Shown: positions 1 through 11,579 of the stretch, in pieces | Layout of the letters: each line of letters opens with the position of its first letter | How positions within the stretch are numbered: position 1 is the first letter of the stretch | From: Paragordius varius | Taxonomy: Eukaryota > Animalia > Nematomorpha | Length of the DNA: 64,000 nucleotides | Assembly (NCBI GenBank): GCA_964247055.1 | Contig: OZ176053.1 | Coordinates: 1,736,001 to 1,800,000, forward strand | Direction: 5' to 3' | Notes under the pieces: model-generated | The model's database searches: none | Told to the model about the DNA's origin: nothing | The model's input: only the letters and a program-made list of their open reading frames with translations | Program-made: the position numbers and the translations under genes

Positions 1-125
1 TGGACAATATTCTAAAAGAAGGCAATGCAACCTTGGCAGAACTCAACATTATAACTAAAAATAGCCATCTATGAAGAAGTTTTATTTACAATATTGCAAA
101 GATCGACCACATCTGTAGCACTACA
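1..125 (+). mobile_element. 3' end of an RTE-clade non-LTR retrotransposon remnant
   Basis: Sequence (tggacaatatt...gcaaccttggcagaact...tatgaagaagt...tttacaatattgcaaa) matches the reverse complement of 58250-58350, the 3' end of the RTE fragment at 58205-58700. Confidence 0.7.
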
Positions 126-519
126 TATTTACATAATTTAAAAGCTTATTTATAGAAAGTATTATAGTTTTCAATAAATTGTCTGGTAAAGGTAAGAAAA
201 TTGTATAATTTTTCCCCTGGTATGCATGCATACACCAAAGCATATATTAACAAATAAATTTCATACAATTTTTTAGCAGAAATAATAATTTATATCGTGG
301 CGCGATAATTTTAACATGAAATAGCGAAAGCATGTACAATTTTTCAAAATTATGGCGATGATTATTTTTTTAAAGTTACTAGCGTAAATCTCGTGCTGCT
401 ACGCTGCCCGAGGAAGTCCTTCCGATTTCTGGGAGGGGGGGGCATATTTGATTTTATAAGCAATTTTGTTATGTGTCATGAAATTTTAAAATGATTAGTT
501 TCATATTCTGAAATTTGGC

Positions 520-1350
520 TCCAAGGGCATGCTGTATCGATATGATGGCGCAGTTGTAGGCGGGTAGCCCCCAGGCCAAAATAAATATAGATAAAAATTT
601 TTGCCTTTATACCTAGAATCAGCGTTCATTCCTAATAGTTTATGGAAGAATGGCTTCAAAACTAAATAATAGTTTAATGATAGCGTATTTTTTAGACAGT
701 AAAGGGTTTATTTAACAGCTAATTCAAAAAATCCACTCGAAGTAAATTTTTGACTTTGTACGGGTAATACCTTAAGCAGCTATTGAACCCATATGGCCCA
801 ATTTCACAAATTTAGCCCCAAAAGCACGCTATTTCGATATGACGGGTCAGTTTTTCGCGGGTAGCTCCTTATTCAGCATCTATCATCAAAGAAACGCTTG
901 ACTAAAATTTTTGCCTTTTAACAGGGAATACGTGGAATCCTTATTGAATTTTTACGGTCTCATACCTTGGGCGAAAAATAGATTCAAAAAAATTTTTTTT
1001 GTGGATTTTGTTTTTTTGAAAATGTCATAATAAGGGGGGAGCGGGTAAAAAGAGGGCTTAAATTAAAAAAGTGAACCGACTATGTTCGGCGCAATCGAAA
1101 ATAAAAAATCATATTTGAAATTGAATGGTCCAACCGTTCTCCGGAAAATTGTCTTAAAGACACGATTTTTGTGGACTTTTGTTTTCAAAAAAACCCGTTT
1201 CTCACACGGGGTGGGCCCGAACTGGCGACCTAATTCAAAAAAGGGCGAAGCTATTGTCGGGGTCAATGATTATATCGATGTTTGGTCTTGAATGGGTCTA
1301 CCGGTTTTCCAGAAACAGATCACAAAGCCATTATTTTCCATTTTTATAAA
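520..1350 (+). repeat. Dispersed non-coding repeat, about 0.8 kb; second copy inverted at 39270-40075
   Basis: Blocks such as gggcccgaactggcgacctaattcaaaaaagggcgaagc and accggttttccagaaacagatcacaaagcc recur reverse-complemented at 39300-39430; collinearity extends over about 0.8 kb. Boundaries approximate. Confidence 0.75.
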
Positions 1351-1506
1351 TATAGAGATTACAAATCGATATTTTATGTGTTTAATTATTTTAAAATGTA
1401 TTACACCTGTTTATGACGTTTGACTCCCATTTTTATGGATAGCCTATTGAATGACGGCATTTTTAAAGTAAATTAATAATTAAAAATCAATTTATTGTAA
1501 AAGAGA

Positions 1507-3298
1507 TCATTTATTATATTGTAGATATTGTAATACGCTGCCACATTTTTTGTTGATGTAAGAAATTTCCCTGGGCTTGAGCTTTATTTTCCAATCATGC
1601 AAATGTTCGGTGGGATTTTTCCGATACGTATTAAAACTCTCTTCAATCATTGCGTTGTGGGACCAAGTCGATTTTATCAACCTTGGATTATCATAATTAT
1701 TATATTGCTGATGACCATAAACAACTAATTTTGGATTTAAACTGTTTGATGGCAAATTTAAAAATGTCAAAAGTTTTGACATAATGCGTGTATCTTGTGT
1801 CACCAAGTCTTCATATTTTACAAGTTTAATAATATTTTTATGCGATAATAACTTATACGTATTGAGATCATTAGACATGATAGAACACAATTTCTTAACC
1901 ATAGTCTGAAACGGATTTATAGTATTCCAATGTAATTTAATGCGACTTGATATGATGGCCCTTGGGTCTCGAACCAGGAAGACATAAGAAAATTGAGTAT
2001 CTGGAACTAATATGATATAATGTATAGGGATAAATTTATATATTATCCTTTAAATAAATATTTTAATAATAAAAAAAGATTTTTTTAATATATGATATTT
2101 GGCTTTTATGGGGAGATAAAACTAAAAAAGAGTTATATCTGTTTTTATAAAATTGAACCAAACTCAGCATTTTCTGTAGAACCGCTTTAAGCCTGAAAAG
2201 ACGTTTTCAAACCGTTTTCAAAATTGACTGCGGCATGAATTCTAGATCATTAAACATACTTTAGATTTTTTCGAAATATTAGCATACATGTTTAATGCCT
2301 TAAATATTATTATTTTGTAGCAATTTATTCACACTCCAGGATATGTGTAAAATAAATTTTTTTTGACCAAAAATAGTATCATTAAACAAAAACCAATTTA
2401 TCCCCGCAAAATATTAAAACTCAGAACGAATTGCCGCAGAAACTCATTATTGTCACTAAATAGAACCGAAACCAAAAACAAAAATATTCACCTCCCTATA
2501 TACTGATGACATTAAAAATCCAGACTTTTAAAAGTTACCGTATAAGACTTGGAATTTCGGAATTCACTTAAATTCACCCTTAATTAATTTATGGCGACAA
2601 TTCGAAAATAGGGTTGAGTAGTGTTGATTGAAGAATAATTTAATTTTTTATATTAATTAAAAGGTTTTTTAATTTTCTAGGTCTGGTTTAAAGATATGTT
2701 GTTATATCCCATTATAGTTTTTATCAATTTACCATTAGAATTATAAAATAAACTACATAAATAATACTAATTAAATGAAACTTTCAGAAGATATTGAGAG
2801 GTAGGTTGATAGAGGTCCGCGGACAAACTTAAATATTTTTGTCGGATATTTGTAACACAGTTGTTGAAAAGTGTATTTTGTTATGCGTGAAAATTTGTCC
2901 CTTGTCAAACAATGCGGATTGGTACAATTTAAATAATTTTGTATGGTACGACTTCGAGGTAAGATAAAGTATTTGTAATTTAGGGCAAAACTAAGCCATC
3001 TTATGTCCGATAAATAATTGATGTCACATTGAATTAGGGCTTGCATGAGTCCTATAATAAGTGTTTGTAAATGGGCTTTTAAGTAGGCCGCATCGATGTG
3101 TCCATCTATTTTATTGTGGTAAAAATTGGTTGGTTCATGAATATATATACTATCTAAGTAAGTGTCCAACTTTTTAGCCAGCAGTGTTGTACCTCCTCGC
3201 ATATATCCATATATTACGATGGCATTTTTACTCTTCGATGTTTCTAGTAAAAATTATAGAGCTTTAATTACTGAAAAACATTACTAAATTAGAATTTA

Positions 3299-3373
<75 letters not shown>

Positions 3374-4870
3374 TAAACTAATTCAAAAAATCTTTTAATG
3401 AGTTTCTAGGGCGTCGTAAATTGACAAAAGCGGGAATTTCGGCCAAAAATATTAAAATAATTAGATAAATTTAATGTTCCTTTTCACCCAACACCCTCTG
3501 CGAAAATAAAGGTGGAACCTATTTAGCATTTTACTCGATATCTTAATTGTATGAGTCAAAGAATAAAATACAAAGTCATTTAAGTTTTTGTCAAATTAGT
3601 TAAAAACAAAAAATGATATATTTCGCATATCAGTTCTCTAAGAAGGAAGATGAGTCAAATTTTTCATGTATCCTTATTTATATTTTAAAGGTTTAAAAAA
3701 GAAATCAGAAACACAATAATGCAAAAAAGCGTTTTTATTTACAATTAAATAATATATACTATATATATTTAGCTTTATTTAAAAAAACATTATTCACAGC
3801 GGAAGTATAAATTTTTACCTTTCGGTTTTACCCCTGAATAAGTCATATCAAGTATTTTTGAATGAATATTTTATTATATTTTGGTTTATTAATGTTATAT
3901 AAGTGCAAACTTTTGCCATGGTTTTAATTTATTCCATATTTTTTATATTTATATTTAAAAGTCTGGAGTATCTAACTACCCCAATTTGAATCAAACGACT
4001 GAATGCGTTGTATTCAAGTATAAAAATAATTTTACACCTTTCCACTAAGCTTTAAAATACGTAGGCTTCAATTTTTTAGACTATGCATTTTTTAAATTTT
4101 TTTGGTGTAAATAATATATGGCATGTATTAAAAATATTGCATCTCGGAATTTTTGTGTTAATTAAAAAATATTAGCCCATTTTGGGGGATGCGACTTTCG
4201 GATTTCCCTAATATTGCGGTTATGGAGCAATCATCTCAATAATGCAAATAACTTTCATAAATAACTTATAAGCCGCAAAATTTAAAGTCTATGAGAATAA
4301 TAATACATTTTTCTAAGATATAATAAATATTTTTAAGATTTTTACACTCTGTATTGTGCCTAATTTTTGATTTTTGATAAGGGCCAGTTAGTACAAAAGT
4401 GGAAATATTTTTGAATGATCTGTATGGCATAAAACCAGCACTATTAAAATCCTAATATATTTTTCTCTCCGGATAAATATCGTCAGAATAAATGCATTTC
4501 ATCAGAATTTTTTTATGGCACTAGGTAATTAGGATTTAAAATAGAGAAAAATGATTATTAGCTATAATTTATTAGCTCATGCACCGATTAGTGATGTTTA
4601 TTTTTTTTGTTTAATAACGTAAAGTAAGGAGGTCAAGTCATTTTGAATAAAATTTTTCCTATATTTGTACATAAGAGTCATATACGCAAATTTTTAAAAT
4701 GGATTCAATACATGGCATTTATAAAATATATTATTTAACTGACCTAGGTTTGCTAATAATATTTGTATTAAAAACTTATACTTGAATGCAAAAATTTTTA
4801 AAACAGTCAAGCATAACACAAATTTAATTAAATTTTTTATATCAGCACTCTTACCTGCCACTCTGCGCAT
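1507..4870 (-). CDS. Golgi type II membrane carbohydrate sulfotransferase (CHST-like, Sulfotransfer_1), about 362 aa
   Basis: Exons 4870-4744, 3243-2782, 2006-1507 join with GT-AG sites in matching phase 1. N-terminal signal anchor (LIKFVLCLTVLKIFAF), 5'-PAPS-binding motif YMRGGTTLL, IHEP, 3'-PB motif LVRDPRAIISSR, and VKYEDLV. Confidence 0.88.
3302..3372. repeat. (TA)n microsatellite
   Basis: Perfect TA run of about 35 units. Shorter TA runs near 15500, 34575, 40790, 55440; (AC)n at about 33016-33044. Confidence 0.95.
3780..4000. mobile_element. Partial arm of the TTAA-flanked MITE family seen at 54617-55160
   Basis: aagtgcaaacttttgccatggtt...ctaccccaatttgaatc is the reverse complement of the 54625-54730 arm. 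Confidence 0.6.
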
Positions 4871-5790
4871 GTATAAACCCCTTCCACCTTCCTTACTTTC
4901 CAGTACTGATTTTAGTTTTATATTTGTCGAAACTGGCCCGATATTATCAGCCAAAATTTGTTTGGTATTGAAGCAGGGTATAAAAGAATATAGGTTACTA
5001 TTTTTTTCTGTTGGGATAATATTTTTTTGAATTATTTATACACCGCAAATTAGTTATTAACATTTATTGGAATAATTTATATGCCAGAGTTGAAAGCTGA
5101 ATAAACTACTGTTTTGTAAGTTTAGCTAAAATTATCAAAATTTATTATCATATTTTAGATAAAAAAGCTTTTAGTTTTTTTACAGTTTTATGACTTCTAG
5201 CTAATATTTAGACAGTACAAAAACGATAGAAACTAACAGCCGATATTAAAATCAAAATATATTAAGTTTGCTGGTAAAATATAGCCTGAAAACATTTTAA
5301 AGGTTAATTATTAAAAATGTCCAAATACACATTTTCATCAGCGATTTATAAAATTTATAGATAAGGGCGGCAAAAAGTTTGAGATGAGTATATTTTTTAC
5401 ATTTTTATTTTTTAAATTTTTTTGTATAATGCGCATAAAAGGTTAAATAAAGCATATTTATTTCAGCTTTATACTTTATATACTTTTTATATTTATTAAA
5501 TCGCTCTGATATAAAACTACCCCAAAACACGAAGTGTTAAATTTTACGAAATCTAAATTTGGAAAAACAAATACTAAAATATCATGGATTTAAATTTTAC
5601 TTGTGAAAGAGAGCATATAATACATCACTGTTAGAAAGCTAATTATAAGAAGTAGTATCTTTATTTTTTTACGTAACAACGGCATATCTAGAAAATAATA
5701 AAAAAAAATAAATAAATTTTATATATATATATATATATTTTATATTTTTACTGCCATATGACTCGTTCTGTTAGCACTTAGTTCGAGAAT

Positions 5791-5834
5791 ACCGCGAATT
5801 TGAAATTAGCGCAAAACCGCGGTACATTTTGCGC
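5791..5834 (+). promoter_or_regulatory. Putative cell-cycle promoter elements upstream of cyclin E: CHR-like TTTGAA and an inverted pair of E2F-like sites
   Basis: TTTGAA at 5799-5804 preceded by CCGCG; GCGCAAAA at 5809-5816 and TTTTGCGC at 5827-5834, 24-60 nt before the ATG, in a GC island within AT-rich DNA. Confidence 0.45.
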
Positions 5835-5857
5835 TTGATTTATATCGTTCAAATTTA

Positions 5858-8582
5858 ATGGAAGACAAAGAAAAGTATTATTATAAATTATATTCAGTAT
5901 AAATGATTATTACCATAAAAAACCAACAAAGCCTATTCTCCAAAATGCGTACGATATGGCAGAAAGAACGATTCTTACACCCATCGAACAAAGCCCCATA
6001 TTTAACGTAATTTATTTTTTATATTTGTAGACTAAATCTTTTGCCACCCTAAACCTAGCAAAAAGTAAAAGAACCCTAAGATTTGATTTAAACGAAAAAA
6101 CTCAGTTCAAACATGCCATAAATTATAATCCTATACCCCATTTAGAATGGGCTGACCGAAATGAGGTTTAATTTTCCTAATTAAATATTAGCTCTGGAAT
6201 CACATTAAAGCCAAAGATTTTTGCCTAACAAATTCAAACTTCCTAAATTTTCATGCTGATTTAACGGAAAACATGCTTGAAATCCTATATGATTGGTTAA
6301 GTGAGGTTAGTAAATAGTTTTTAAAGATAAACAATAACAAATAAATAAATTTGTTAATAGGTTTCTGGCGTCCTTAAACTTAAACGAATAACCTTACACA
6401 CATCAATTCACTTAATTGTTGCCTATCTGTCCATAGAAACAAACGTTGAGAAAAATATCCTACAGCTACTTGGTATAACTTGCCTTTTTATAGCGGCAAA
6501 ATTACAGGTAAATTAAATTTTACTCTTTTTAATAAATTTTAAACAACATTTTACCTTTAAAAAAATATATATTTAGGAAATTTATCCACCCAAAGCCAAA
6601 GTTTTTGCATACTTTACTGATCATGCATGTACCCAAAAAGATATCTTGATCCAAGAGTTGCTTTGCATGCAGGTAGCTAAAAAGTGTTAATTATTTTTCA
6701 GTTATATCATTTTTTTAAAAATATTGTCATTTTGATTTTTTTTAAAATAAAATTCAAATTTTATATCTCGAGGCTCTAAAATGGAACGTGAATGTATGGA
6801 CACCCATGGATTGGATTGGGTTTTATTATCAAATCTTTTGGATCCGGAATCGACAAGAAGAAACTGAAACTTTAGACGTATTAAGGGCTCAGGAGAAAAA
6901 AGACCCTAAAATTATAATAAACCAATCAGGCGAAAGAAATTTCACAGATTTACTACAATACGATTTTGATCAAATTGGTCACATAACTTTGCGAGAATCT
7001 AAGATGCCATATTGTACTGATTCGTACATGTCTTTACCACAACTTGCTCAAGTATAATATTTGGTTCAAATGAAAGCGATTGAAACATAAACAACAATTA
7101 AAATATTAGTTTACTTATTTAGAGCCCAAATGAGATTCGACCTAAAAACTAAATTATTAATGGGTTAAGCAGCTTAAGAATGTCACTATCATATAGTTTT
7201 TTAAACTTATTATTTTCCACATGCTTTAATTTTAGGTATTGGATTTATGCATGCTCAATATCCAAGCCACCAAATTCAAATATTCTATCCTAGCGGCCAG
7301 TATTTTGTATCATTTTATCAAATTTCATACCGCGGTTTCAATCACATCCATTACAGGTAAGTGACAAATTTTTTTAATTTTTATATAATTAAAATTCAAA
7401 TAGTTTTTCATTCCAATAAAATTCTAATATTGACAAATTTATGTAAAAAACAATTTATCTTAGGTTATGAAGTTTCTGACCTGCACGAAGCCAATAAATT
7501 TACACTGGGTTATTACATGGAAACTATTGGAAAATATCGCACAGAAAACCAAAGCAATTCTTCTCCTCTATCTTTGCCCTTAAATTTACAAGTAGCTAGT
7601 GATCCTTTTATCCATACCCACACAATCAAATGGGATACTTATGTAAGTTAATGGATTGATTAAATTTTTTTTATGTTTTTTTCTAGAAATTTAAATCAAG
7701 ACCGTTTTTTCTACCAGTTATAATCCATAGAATGTGATAACGTAAAAACCAATAGCAAATTTTTACAATGTCCTACTTTCCCCTAACTAATATCCTCCAT
7801 TTTGAGCGAAAAATATGGGGGCCAAGTTATCGTTCTTTAAAAACATTTTTGGAAAAATTTATCAGATCAAAAGCGCATGTTGACAAAATCTTATTAAAAC
7901 TAAAACTGTTTATTATATATATATGTATGTATCGATAAAATAATTTGGGTTAAAACAATTATTAGCCTTTTTAATAATTTTTTAACATAATGCGCGCGGA
8001 TTTGGATTTCTTGAATTTGGATTATCGTGAAAATTTTTCGACAATGTGTTTGTTAAAAATGACAGTAATCGATTTATGATACTTTATTTGATTTAAAATT
8101 CTCCTATTATCGTGTCTCCTAATTTGATTAAAGTCGGAAAACTGGTATATAACAGGTATTAATATCAAACACATTACTGTGAGCATATACTAAATATTTG
8201 TTGATGACACAGATAAATTTAGAGAAAAAAAACATATTTAATTTTCAGAACGGCGGGTTCGATTCTATTGGTACCCCCAAAAAGATATTTGACAATAGTG
8301 ATTTAAGTTTCAATCCTAACTCTTTTTACTGCTTAATTTAAATTATTATGATTCCAAAAGGCAAGAGCTAAAGCTTATAAACCCATGATTGAAGAGACAA
8401 AACAACCAGATGATAAAGTTGGAGATGACGAAAGCATTTTATTGACAAATGATTTGAACACTCCCAAACAAGTTGTAAGAAAAAGTCATGTCCTTGAAAA
8501 TATTTTGACACCACCCATTAGCCATAAAAAACCGAAGCTCTTTAATACCAGTAATAACGGAAATGTACTGCAAAAGAAATAA
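5858..8582 (+). CDS. CycE: G1/S-specific cyclin E, about 472 aa, 10 exons
   Basis: Exons 5858-5874, 5898-6006, 6031-6165, 6192-6305, 6361-6507, 6577-6672, 6773-7051, 7236-7356, 7464-7642, 8361-8582 are all phase-compatible. Motifs LEWADRNELW, DWLSEV, QLLGITCLFIAAKLQEIYPPK, ALKW, LDLCML..YSILAAS and the C-terminal Fbw7 degron ILTPPISHKK (human LLTPPQSGKK). Confidence 0.92.
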
Positions 8583-10230
8583 TTTTGTTGACAAAAATTT
8601 CATGATATATAAAATTGCATTTAATGAAAAAAAACAAGCGTTTGTTAGTATATATCTATTCTATGCATTTACAATCTATCATCAACAAAACAAGACCTGT
8701 GATATATTCTAGTTTTGTAACCATTATACACACCAAAATACATGCAAAAATTTATATATTGTATTATTCATCATCATAATTTATATCATTCATTTGCATA
8801 AATATATATATGTATAAATAAAATATATATTTGATAAATTTGAATAAAAAATTATATTATATACTGTTTGCTGAGAGGTTATCGAATAATTGCTAGTCAG
8901 ATGTTGGATAAAAAAGAAAAAAGATGGTAAGAAGGGATATGCGCATATGTTTTCAACTATAACACATTTCTAAACACCCTTTTGAAACTATTGCCTTTCT
9001 CTACCGAAGAGTAGTCGTAGATATTTATAATTTGTGTAAAAATGTAGTTTTTTTGTCAAGTTCTTTATTTTATAAATCAAATGAAAGCGGTGATATTTTT
9101 ATAATTTATAGAGGCTTCTTAATTTTACACTATGATAAAATTGATAATAAGCTTTTTAAAGCAAAATTATTAGGTATATTCATATGAAAATTATATTTTG
9201 CCAGAATTAGGTTTCAATTCAAGCAAATAAATATATAAAAAGAAAGCATATGCATTATTTAATCATCAGAAACAATTTAAGCCTATTCCATAGCTTAGGC
9301 CCATTAAATATGTTTAACAATGATTTCTGCCCAAACCTTAATTATCGCAAATTATAGATTATATGTATATTGGTTACACAATTAATTAAATATTTTTAGA
9401 ATGTTAATAAATGGTTTAAATAGGAAAAATTAAAGTTTAGTGTGATTGTATTTTAGAAAAAAATCCTCTTAAAATTTTCTCGTTTTGTCCGTATAATTTT
9501 AGTTTTTACTGTATTATTTCTATATTATTCAACTAATTATTTTGGTCCTATGCGTTAATAATTTTATAGATTTTCCTATCCTTTATGATTTATGATGATC
9601 TTTTTTAATAGATATGGTGGGACTACCGAATTTGCAAATGAATATTGACTAGGCATGAAATCAGAAGTTTTTGGCACTTCTTTGAAGATAATTTTTTTAA
9701 AATTGAGATGTTTTAAATGCATGATTTATTAGCTTATATATTGTTGATATCCTTTTTTATATAAAAAAGGATACTTTTTATGGTGCATTTTGAACTATAT
9801 TTTTTGATGAAATAGACTAATTATGTAGCAAAAGTATTTTGCTAAAAACAGCTTTAGACACAGTTTAAGAGTATAGATGAGTTGTCTATTATCTGTATTT
9901 TTAATAGATTTTTTTCTGCTGGGATGGCGTTAACCTGTTATATATGGATTAAACCTAAAATCTGTTTCATTTGATACCTAGAAAATGAAATATATGTATT
10001 CATTTTCCTGCAAAAGAAATACAACAAACTTTCTTTACAGATTTATTGGTAAAAACACCTAAAAATACTCCACATATATAAATTTTTTTTTTAAAGTTGT
10101 AACCGAAAAAGTTTTGGATTGCATTGCCTAATTAAGTATAAACCTCAATTTCAAACATGAAGCCTAATTGAATAAACGTTGAACTGTAGAATCAAGATTC
10201 TAAATATATATACACTTTAATTATTGCAAT

Positions 10231-10911
10231 TAGGGTTGTGCTGACCAAGTCATGACCAGGTCAGTGACTATTTATTTTTTACCATGGTCATTTAAAAAAC
10301 AGCTGTTTTTTGAAAAATTGCTGGTAATTTTTTTTTGGAAGAGAAATGGTAAGATTTCAGTGTTTTTTAATATATTTTTTAAAATATAAATTAAATATTT
10401 TAATATGCTTATTTGACAATATAATATTGTTAAACACGCATCGTTATAACATTTGCATTTAAGCATATCCAGTTACTTCGAAAAACAAAACTCAAGCACT
10501 TTGCAAAACATGCAATTATTCCATAACCAATAAAATGAGAAAACATCTTATATTTAGATATTAATTCATTGATGAAAGAAAGTGTAAAATAAACTAGGTA
10601 AAATTTAATTTGAAAATTCTGGTATTAAAAGCTATGTATTTATAGAATCAGAAGGCCACAAACATGTGGCAAAATTTGAAAACAAAATTTTTGGTTTGAT
10701 TGAAAATATTTGTATATAATAAATATCAAAAAAATATATAATAAACTTTTAAAAAAAACATGATATTACCAGTGAAACGCTAATGTCGTACGAACATTAT
10801 TTTCACAATCAAATATCGCATGATATTTACTTAAGTAAAAAATGGTCATGACCGTGGTCTGACTGGGTCTGACCGGACCTTTTTGAAAAAGCAGTCAAAT
10901 GCACAACCCTA
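10231..10911. mobile_element. Non-autonomous hAT-like element, 681 bp
   Basis: TIR tagggttgtgc...gcacaacccta; 8-bp TSD attgcaat/agtgcaat (7 of 8 match); homologous to 17225-17791 in the opposite orientation. Confidence 0.85.
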
Positions 10912-11579
10912 AGTGCAATATTTAGTTTAAAAGCAAATAATAAATTATTTTTTTTTTAAAAAAATTGTTAAGGGAACGAAATTCTCTCACAGCTTGATTG
11001 ATATTTCCCAATTTTGTGATAGAATACAAATAAAAAGGATAATATATAAAATAAATTGATATTATATAAAACCAAAATATGAAATTGAAAAAATATCTTA
11101 GCCGAGTTCGATCCGAAAACAGTTCGTTTCTAAGAGTTCCAATGCCTGGTTATAACAAAAAAACAGCCGCTTAAACTTAATATTTTAATTGAATTGTTGA
11201 GTACTTTTATTATTTTTATTCTATTTTATTAGCGTTTAATACTTATTTTAACTCAATTAAAAAAACTTAGTAGTTTGAAACTGTGTGTGATAATCAAATT
11301 TAATACCTTTTTTGATTTATTAATTAAATTATATTACATAATTTGTGATTTTTGGTAAATCTTTGTGTAATTTTATCATATAATGAGTGCTTTACATCAC
11401 AATTGCTAAGAAATATAGATATTGTAAATTTATATACATTTACAATTTATAAAAAATCTATAATCAAATCTTTATATATTTTTTTTACAATCTCAAATAA
11501 TAGATATTATTAACCGTATAATAAAAATACAAAGCGTATGAGCTATAATTTACAGTTCATTTGTAATTTTGGAGAAATT

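Noticed and set aside
1063-1291. Overlapping 67-69 aa ORFs on both strands
   Set aside because: Lie in the dispersed repeat; the frames are not preserved in the second copy near 39.3-39.6 kb.
8250-8270. GGTTCGATTC tRNA B-box-like motif
   Set aside because: No A-box or cloverleaf; isolated motif in a cyclin E intron.
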